Assembly (NCBI GenBank): GCA_010093605.1 | Contig: MU004192.1 | Location: 1,467,920-1,513,500, forward strand | DNA: 45,581 bases | Reading direction: 5' to 3' | Source of the DNA: Lophium mytilinum | Taxonomy: Eukaryota | Shown: positions 36,603 through 45,581 of the stretch, piece by piece | How positions within the stretch are numbered: position 1 is the stretch's first letter | Layout of the letters: each line of letters opens with the position of its first letter | Made by a program: the position numbers and the translations under genes | Notes under the pieces: generated by a model | What the model saw: only the letters and a program-made list of their open reading frames with translations | Database searches by the model: none | What the model was told of the DNA's origin: nothing

Positions 36603-37014
36603 CATTTTCTGGATTTTCAGGGCTGTTAGATAGGTCTGCCATGGTACCTTGGGGTCTTCTTGGATACCGCTTTCTCCACACGCTAGACGTGTGACATAGG
36701 CTAGGGGCACTCCGCTTTTTGAAGCACTTCACCGCGATATTTACGGACGTCTTCTCACGTCACCACCAATACCCAAGTAGTTGTCGTAGCGCTTGATAGT
36801 GAGAAATGCAATTTCGTTCATGTACCATAGTAAACGAGAGCACAGTAAGGTTCTTAAAATAGTAGTCTAAGAATTAACTGTAGAAGCTTATAATTTAGAA
36901 CAGCATTAGGTATAAACTATATATAGAGTAGATTAAAGAGTCCCTTAAATATAATCTATTTAATTTAGCCCTATAGTAAGCTTAAAGTATTAGATACTAC
37001 TAAGTAGAAGCCTA

Positions 37015-40000
37015 TATAGTATTAAAGGTATAGAGTTAGTATAAGAATATATAGGTAGATAGATTAATAGAAATTATATTACTTAAGTTCTATTCTATAC
37101 TAATAGTAATAGAGTTATATATATATACTATTTAATATAGGTATAAGTATTTCTATACCCTTCTATTATATATTAATACCCCCTAATATTAGTAGATATA
37201 TACTCTTTCCACCCCTATTATTTTACCACCTTCTAATTAGCTTAGATAGGTGCTCCGGAGCCTTTAATTTACTTACTTAATTTCCTTACTAAATTTAAAT
37301 ACTCTCTCTAAATCTAGTAGCGTATAAACCTTATTCTCTACCTCTATACTATACTCTCTTTACCTCTTACTATAGCTCTATAGCCTCTATAGCTAGCCTA
37401 TTATTCTATAGCTAAGGATGCATATACGGCGCTTTAGGCGCACGCCTTAGTGCAAGGCTACGGCTTAGTAAAGTTCTATACTAAATCTAATAAAGAGAAA
37501 GTAACCTAAAAAGTATAGTACTAGTATACTTTTATAGGCTTCTATCTATCTATAAATTATATTTATAATATAGCTACTATAAAGAGCGGCTATTCTATAT
37601 ATAGAACTCTTACCTGCTAGCTAGAGAGCACCTAGATATAATAAATAGTAGAGGCCTCTTACTACGGGCATAAATCTATACTTAAAGCGTTAGCTTTACT
37701 AGAACTACGGCGCCTTAAGCGCATAGATAAGGTAAAGAAGCTTATTTATAATAACCTCTCTAGTAGTAGTACGCTATAGGCTATATATATTAAGCTACTT
37801 AAGAAGAGGGTAAATATTACTAAGAATAATATTATAAATAAGCGGAAATTATATAGGAAAGAACTTCTTAATAGCCTTACGCCTATCTAGGTACTACTCT
37901 ACACGTTAGAAATATATGGCAGCAATAGAGAGGCGGGTAAGTTCTTCTATAGCTATTCTCTAGATAGTAATAAGCGTGTAGATTACCTCTTCTTTATGCA
38001 TTCTTAGTCTATTAAGCTTCTTTAGTCTAACTATAACGTTATTCTCCTTAATTATATATATAAAACTAACTAGTTTAGTATACTATTACTCTATATAATG
38101 GGTATTATATATATAGAAACTAGCTTTAAGATTATATATTATTTTATTCTAAGAGAGAAGAATCTAAACTATAACTAGGTAGTATAATAGCTTTATAAGC
38201 TCTTCTAAATATATTTACTACGCCCACGCGTTTTTCTAATAGATAAGGAAGCCGCGTTAAAGAAGGCCCTAAGAGCTAAGTAGCTAATAGTCCCGCAGCT
38301 ACTCTATATATAGCATATTAATAAGAACTTTATTACTAAGCTAGCTAAGGTATATAAAGAGAAGCCTATATATAAGCTAGGTAGCGCACTACCTGCGCCT
38401 ATATTAGATAAAGAGAAAGTAGCTATATAGAAGAAGAAATAAAAGAAAAAAAATATATTTCTAGCCTGCTAGAACGCTCTAGTTAAGAAGGTTAATAAGG
38501 ATAAGTTTAAGAGTATATAGAAGAAGCTATAAGAGAACTATAAGAAGAGGCTAGAGCTAGTTAAGTATATAAATAAGAAGTAGTAGTTATATAGGTAGTA
38601 GTAGGCGTACTACTATATAAAGAGTACTTAGTACTTTAATACTATATAAGTAATTTTTCTTAATATTAAGATATCTAAATTTAATACTTAAACTTTATAT
38701 AGGGTCTATATATATGCTAAATAAGCAGCGCTAAAGAGAATAAGAGTATAGCTTAAAGAATAACTAAGAAATAAAGAAGTAGTAGAGGTATATAATGCTA
38801 ACTTAATTTCTTATAGTATTATATTACGGAATAAGGGCGGCTATAGCACGCTTAAAAAGTACCTCTAGGTCTCTACTAGCTACCTATTTAATGTTCTCCT
38901 TAATATACTTAACCTTATACTTAATAGTAAGGCTCTCTACCTAGATAAAAAGGCCGCGTAGCATATCTAATGGCCTTATAACGTTAATATACCTAAATTC
39001 TATAACCTAAAGTTTAAGATAGCACTATATATACTATACTTTCTTGCGCCTTAAGTATGTAAAGTAAAGGTAGCTAAGTACTAACTATAGGGCTATACTT
39101 ATATATTTAAGAGAATCTATAGCCTCTCTTATGTATATATACTATATAATCGCCTTTACTAAGCGCTTAGCGTTATTAAGAATAGTATTCTATATATTTA
39201 ACCTTAAGAGATTAATTACTATTAGTAGTTTAATTGGCCTAATATTCTATAGCTAGTAATAGAGCTTCCTTTTATAAATATATAAGATCTAGAGGTTATT
39301 ATAGTTTATAAGGGCCGCCTAAAGAAGTAGAGAAGAGGCTACTATATAGATAATAGTATGTAGAGAGATCTATTAAGATTTAAGCTTACTATAAGTATAA
39401 GTATATAGAGTAAATCTATAGGCATGCCTCTAGAATATATACTAATAGCTTAGCCGCTAGAATAGCCTATTTCTATAGCCTTCTATCTAGCTTCTATTAC
39501 TTAGAGTACTTCTTAGTCGGCCGCTATACTAGCTATTATAGAATTTAATAATTTACTTACTAATCCGCCCGAGTTTAAGTATATAGTTATAGCTAGGCCC
39601 CCCCCTATTACTATACCTACGTCCGCACCTACTACTGCATCTACTGCTGCACCTAAGAAGCGTAGCCAGCCGGCTAGTATAAAGAATAAAGTACCTAGAA
39701 AAAAGATAGTACTATAGAAAGGGGCTATATAGCGTTATAATAGCGCTTATTTTAAGCCTTAGCTAGCTTCTTAGCCTTAGCTAGCTTCTTAGCCTTAGGC
39801 AGCGCCTGCGCTACTTTCTATTAAGGAGCTCTAACGTTAAATAATATTATATAATTAGCATATAGAGGCGTTAATAGATTAGAATAGCTAAGGAGGCGCG
39901 GCGGCGATATAGGGGGGCTAGGTTTAATGCGGAGAGGCTATAATAAAGTAAGGATTTAACTATTTTAGTATACTTATAGGCATATAGGTATATAGGTAGT

Positions 40001-40419
40001 AATATAACGGCCTATATATACTATAGAAAATGGAAAGTATATATAGTAAAATAGGTATACTATATAGCCTTACTATAACTATAGCCTTATATATAGCCTT
40101 ACGTACTCTATAGCCTTATATAAGGCCTTATATAAGGCTAGCCTATATATATAGCCTTATCTATAGCCTTAATAGGCTACTAGAAATAGTAAGAATATAT
40201 AATAAAATAGTAAGGCTATATAGCCTTTCTATTTTAAGCGCCGGAGTAGTAATCTAAGCCCTCTAGACTAATTAGAAGATTAGACGGGAGAAGGGTATAT
40301 ATCTACTAATGTCGGGGGGTGTTAATATATAATAGAAGGGTGTAGAAATACTCGTACCCTTTAATATCTTATAAAATATTTCTCTAGTATTCTTATAATA
40401 TTATCTAATATTTATTATA
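37015..40419. repeat. LTR copy split by a Mutator-like insertion (halves 37015-37138 and 40360-40419)
   Basis: The two halves, joined, align with the intact ~173-bp sequence at 40630-40802 (tattaaaggtatagag...ttatattacttaagttctattc...ttataaaatatttctct...ctaatatttattata). Confidence 0.75.
37139..40359 (+). mobile_element. Full-length Mutator-like (MULE) DNA transposon, RIP-inactivated
   Basis: ~70-bp TIRs (aggtataagtatttctataccc... / ...gggtgtagaaatactcgtaccc), with an 8-bp direct repeat tttaatat on both flanks (37131-37138, 40360-40367). De-RIPed motifs: QAHALxQGY, VILLDCTYKTNxFxMPLL, TDKEAALKKAL, QLLCIWHINKN. Confidence 0.9.
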
Positions 40420-40629
40420 GAGCGCTACTAAATATATACTCTATATTTACTTAGTATATACCCCTTTTCTACTCTATATATACCCTTCTTACGTCTAATC
40501 TTCTAATTAGTCTAGAGGGCTTGGAGGAAGCTCTAATTTGCTTGCTTACGTTTCTTACTAATTCTAAATACTCTCTCTAAGTGCGGCGTAGCTATAAGTA
40601 ATTATAACCTTATTTTTAATCTCTGCCTT
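40420..40629 (+). mobile_element. 5' end fragment of a second related MULE, interrupted by the Copia element
   Basis: 40477-40522 is the inverse of 40255-40300, and 40530-40615 resembles 37262-37337. Confidence 0.6.
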
Positions 40630-40961
40630 TATAATATTAAAGGTATAGAGTTAATAGAAGAATAGATAGATAGATAGATAGATAGGAATTATATTACTTA
40701 AGTTCTATTCTAAATTAATAGTAATAGAGTATATATATAGTATTTAATGTATTATAAAATATTTCTCTAATATTCTTATAATATTATCTAATATTTATTA
40801 TATTATATTTAAATGCTTATAGTTTCATCCTGTTTAAAGGCTTTTAAGCCTATTATATATAAGGATATAACGCTTATACTATTATAATTCTTATATACTC
40901 TCTTAAGCGTTATATACTTATTTTATATATTCTTTTTTTTATATATTCTTTTTTTTTTAAA

Positions 40962-40980
40962 TAGATAGAGAGATAGATAA

Positions 40981-41014
<34 letters not shown>

Positions 41015-41043
41015 TTTTTTCTTTATATAGATAGATAGATAGA
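40962..41043. repeat. (GATA)n-type microsatellite in the Copia 3' region
   Basis: Runs of atag/gata, with similar runs at ~40662-40685 and 45460-45562. Confidence 0.8.
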
Positions 41044-42714
41044 ATCTATATATCTATATATTTATGTAATAGAGTTATATCTATATATCTATATATCTAT
41101 ATATCTATTTAGTGTCTAATCTTATATAGTCTACTATTTTAGTAAAACTACTTTCTACTAATAGTTTAGTAAATATATTAGCTATTTACTTCTTAGTATT
41201 AAGGTAGGCTAGCTTTATTAATCTATTTTAAACGTTTTCTCTTATAAAATAATTTTATATATCTATATATTTAGTTTTTAAGTAGTATTTAGAATTATTA
41301 GCTAATTCTATAGCTAATTAACTATCTATAAATAGATAGAAGTCTTCTATATTTTTAATATTAAGTTATTTTAATATACTTATTAAGTATATATATTCTT
41401 TTATAGTTTCTTTTAAAGCTATATATTTAGCTTTGCAACTAGATAGTACTATAGATTTCTATAGTTTACTATTCTAGCTAATAGGGGTTTTTCCATAGAA
41501 GAAGTAGTAGCTAGTTATTAATTTTCTTCCTATTATATTACCCCTATAATCTATATTAGAATATCCTAATAAATAGGGTGCTAGATTACTAGGAGAAAAT
41601 TTAATGCTAATTCTATATATAGGCTTATATAATAAGTATTTCTAGATTCTTTCTAAGGCTTTAAAGTAAATAGAACTAGAATTAGATATAAAATAAGCGC
41701 ATAGATTTACGCTATAGGCTATATCTAGTCTTGTTTTTATAGATAGATAAATAAGACTTCTAACTTATTACTAGTATAGTTTTATATCTTCTTTTAATGC
41801 CTGTTTATCGTTTTTCTCTAGTTTTATACCTATTTCTCCTAGTATAGAAACGGGATTTAGTTTCTCTTTATTAAATCTTTTTAATAGACTTTTTATATAC
41901 TTTTTCTAGCTTAGTAATAAGGTTCTTTCCTTTCTATTACATATTATTTCCATGCCTAGAAAATAAGATATTAGGCCTAGATTTATTAATTCTAAGTCTT
42001 TGCTTAGTTTTAGTTATAGATTTTCTATATCTTTTATATTTAGGCTAAATACTAATAAATTATCTATGTAGCAGACTATTATTATATTTAATTACATATT
42101 TTTAAATACTGCTTAGTCTATAATAGTACTTTTAAAACTATACTTTTCTAGATAAATAGCTAGATATATATACTACTATCTAGGTAATTATTTTAGGCTA
42201 TATAAGGCTTTATTTAGTTTATAGACTTTACTATTATTTTTATTAAAACTATGTAGTTATTCTATATATAGTTCTTTATCTAAATCTGCATGCATAAATA
42301 CATTTTTAAAGTCCTATTATATTATTTCCTAGTTATAATAAGTAGCTATTATAAGTAATAGCCTATATATTTCTAGGCGGCAGGTATTTATAAAGGTTTC
42401 TTTATAATCTATGCCGTAAGTTTAGCTAAAACCTTTTACTACCTATCTTACCTTATATTTAGATATATTATTATCTATATTAGTTTTAATTTTATAGACC
42501 CAGCGTCCTTTTAACGCATTTCTATTTACTAGTAAGTCTACTAACTTCTAGGTATTTTACTTATTAAGCTGGTCTATTTCTATTTACATAGCTTCTTTCT
42601 ATTTATTATTATATGGGGATTCTATAGCTTATTTATATATATTTAGCTTGTTATTATTATTAATAATAAAGGCTAATTTATCTTTAGATAGATTATCTAT
42701 ATATATATTTATAG

Positions 42715-42724
42715 NNNNNNNNNN
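42715..42724. other. Assembly gap (10 N)
   Basis: Run of N in the sequence. Confidence 1.
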
Positions 42725-43109
42725 TTTTATAAACCCAGTATTCTTTTAATATATTTCTATTTACTAGTAAGTCTACTAACTTCTAGGTATTTTACTTATT
42801 AAGCTAGTCTATTTCTATTTATATAGCTTCTTTCTACTTATTATTATAAGGAGATTCTATAGCTTATTTATATATATTTAGCTTGCTGTTATTACTAATA
42901 ATAAAGGCTAATTTATCTTTAGATAGATTATCTATATATATATTTATAGATAATTAAGTTTAGTTTCTATCTATATATATATTTAATAATTATACTTAAT
43001 TTTTATCTATATATCTATTTATTAAATTTGGATTTTATATATATCTTTAAATAGATAGATTTTTAGATAGTTTTATAGCTAATTTATCTTTAGATAAGCT
43101 TTTATCTAT

Positions 43110-43200
43110 AATAGTACTACTTTTATCTCTAATAGTACTACTTTTATCTCTAATAGTACTACTTTTATCTCTAATAGTACTACTTTCGTCTCTAATAGTA
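43110..43200. repeat. 21-bp tandem repeat, ~4.3 copies, between Copia integrase and RT
   Basis: aatagtactacttttatctct repeated. The unit length is a multiple of 3, so the frame is preserved. Confidence 0.9.
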
Positions 43201-45581
43201 TTATTACTACTTATTATATCTATATTTCCACGTTCTTTTAGTACTTTTATAGCGTATTCTATAGAGCTTATATTTTTATTTACTTTATTCTTTATATTTA
43301 GAAAGCTTTCTATTATAGTTATATCTCTTGCCTAGAAGATTTTATTAGTTTCTAGATCTAATAATCTATACGCATTTAAACTATAGCCTAATATTATAGC
43401 CTTTTTAGCTCTTAGTTCTAATTTAGTTATTTACGTTTTAACCTTATAATAAGCTATAGAGCTAAAGATTTTTATATTATCTATTTTAGCTTTTCTTTTA
43501 TAATATAGCTTAAATGGCGTTTTATCTTTTAAGCTAGAGTGCGGTGTTCTATTATATATATATACGGCTGTATTTACAGCTTCTCCCTATAGATTAAAAG
43601 GTAAATTAGCTATATATAATAGAGCCCTTACTATATTAAATATAGTTAAGTTAATTCGCTCTACTAGACCGTTTTGTTCCGGCGTATAGGGGCTTAAGAG
43701 TTAATAGGTTATACTAGTTTTTAAAAGAGTTATTTTAAACTTCTTATTTATATATTCTCCCCTATTATTAGTTTTAAAAATTTGTATTTTTCTTTTATCT
43801 CCTATATTTATATTTTCAGCCTTAGCTTTATATTCTAAAAAGGCGTTATAAGCTTTATCTTTAGATTTTAATAGTTTATATTCTATATATCTTAAAGCTG
43901 TATCTATAAAGAAGATAACGTATTTATTACCCCCTAAACTAGGTGGATTTATAGGCCCTGCTAAATCTAAAGAGACTTTTTATAAAGGAATTACTGTTTT
44001 TAGTATTATTTCCTTACTTCTCTTATTTTTTATTATTTTAGCTTTTATACAGGCTTCGCATTATATAGGTTCTTTTATAGGTAGTATGCCTAATAGTATA
44101 CTAAGCTTTCTAGAGCTTATATGGCCCATTCTTTAGTGCTAAATAGATAGATTATTTCTATCTATGTATGTATTTATTAAATTGCTTTTATCTATCTATT
44201 TATATATTTAATTTATTTGCTTTATAAAAAGCGTTGTATTTTCTATATTTATATAGTATAAAGAGTTTTTAAGCGATGCTATTACTAGTATATTATTCTT
44301 TTTATATATAATAGCTGTTTTATTCTTAAACGTAACGTTTATTCCTATAGAATCTAGTTTACTTATAGATATTAGATTATATCTAAAGTTAGGTATAAAA
44401 AGGCACTTTTCTAGTATAAATATATTCCTATTTAGTTTTAATTATATATTTCCTATACCTTCTATAGTTATAGTTTTATTTTCTCCCTAATTTAATATAG
44501 TAGCTTATTCTTTATAGCTAGTAAATAGCTTTTTATCTACTATTATATAGCTTATGCTCCCGGAGTCTAATATATAATTAGCTTTATTATTAGGGGTATA
44601 ATAGGATGCTAGAAATACCTTTACTTTAGCTGCATCTAGATCTATATTAAAATCTCCCTAATTATTAGGGTTAGATTCTTCTATAAGTAAGGATTCTTCC
44701 TTATTATCTTTTGGTGGTTTAAAGTATTCCTTTATTCTAAACCATTTTAGAGCTTTTTTAGGAAATAGATAGAAACAATCTTTTATAAAGTGCGTAGCTG
44801 CTTTACACTTCTTACAATATTTTGTTTTTTCTATTCTATTCTTATTTTTAGGCAAGAACTTTTTAGTTCTATTAAATAGAGCCGTTTTATGCTCTTTAGA
44901 CTCTTATCTTCTTGCTTCGTCCATTAAATTAGAGAATAAATCATCTAATTTAATATTAGATGAATTTTCCCTATAGGATTGCATAACTATTATTATAAAG
45001 CCATCGTAGGGGTCCGTTAGGTTATTTAAAACCCAGGCTACAATAACTTAATTTAGTAATTTAAGCTTTTTCGCTTTTAATTAATCTGTTAACTATTTTA
45101 TCTTATTTAAGTAATCTTCTATAGTTAAAAACTTAGATAAAACAGTATTAAACAGTTTCTTATAAATAAGGAATTTAGAACTAAAGCCCTTTAGGCTATA
45201 TAGCTTCTTTAGTAGCTTCTAAGCTTCTATTATAGTAGCGGAATACTGTAATTGTAATAGAGGACTATCCTCTATAGTAAGCCTAATAGTGGCTAATACT
45301 TTTGCATTGTTTTCCTTATTAATAGGAATAGGAGTAGTACTGCTAATAGCATTACTATAACTTTTTTCTACTAAGAGAGATTGTACTCTTAGAGCCCAAA
45401 CTTTGTAGTTAGATTAACCAACTAGCTTGGTAATACTGATTTTATCCATTTTAGATTGAATAGATAGATAGATAGCCCGTTAGGTAAATAGATAGATAGA
45501 TAAATAGATAAATAGATGGATTTCTATATATCTATGGATTTTTGTTTAAATAGATAGATAGATGGATTCTATGTATCTATG

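Larger units (their letters stand above)
36850..45581. repeat. AT-rich block of RIP-mutated nested transposons
   Basis: Abrupt drop in GC ~250 bp after the HET stop codon, with TpA-rich and stop-ridden frames. Confidence 0.95.
40630..45581 (-). mobile_element. Ty1/Copia LTR retrotransposon, RIP-inactivated; probable 3' LTR 40630-40802, gag ATG 45449, 5' LTR beyond the window
   Basis: Minus-strand order: gag (MDKISITKL..SNYKVW; CKKCKAATHFIKDC knuckle), protease (ILDSG), integrase (H..MGH, CEAC, DLAGP, PYTPEQNGLVER), RT (KGRWVYKIK, YGIDYKETF, KALY), RNase H (de-RIPed ADIFTKPL). Integrase before RT is the Copia order. Confidence 0.93.

Noticed and set aside
6890..36850. Starship/giant transposon or secondary-metabolite cluster interpretation of the island
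   Set aside because: No tyrosine-recombinase captain and no PKS/NRPS/terpene backbone gene seen. The island contains core genes (UTP11, UBA4).
44658..44855. 65-aa ORF in the AT-rich block
   Set aside because: A surviving fragment of Copia gag (zinc knuckle), not an independent gene.

Overview
Filamentous ascomycete (Pezizomycotina-type) DNA with a two-compartment layout. A gene-bearing island of normal GC (~6.9-36.8 kb) lies between two AT-rich blocks of RIP-mutated transposon relics. The left block holds an unclassified relic, a Tc1-like transposase and a complete pogo/Tigger-like element. The right block holds a nested LTR / Mutator-like / Copia stack and one assembly gap. The island has nine supportable genes: a secreted kievitone-hydratase-like protein, a Zn-dependent dehydrogenase, a large disordered membrane-anchored protein, UTP11, an HSD17B10-like SDR, UBA4/MOCS3, an FAD monooxygenase, a Zn2Cys6 transcription factor and a HET-domain gene. 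Two structures missed by the ORF track stand out. (1) The large gene has a run of five short, mutually similar, frame-symmetric (phase-1) predicted microexons. (2) A ~4.8 kb non-RIPed intergenic region carries eleven diverged repeat units, each with a fixed-length 90-bp core bounded by 16-bp inverted arms. A second 97/160-bp satellite follows, and isolated copies of the first unit occur elsewhere in the window. All exon structures and family calls are manual readings; no database search was run.
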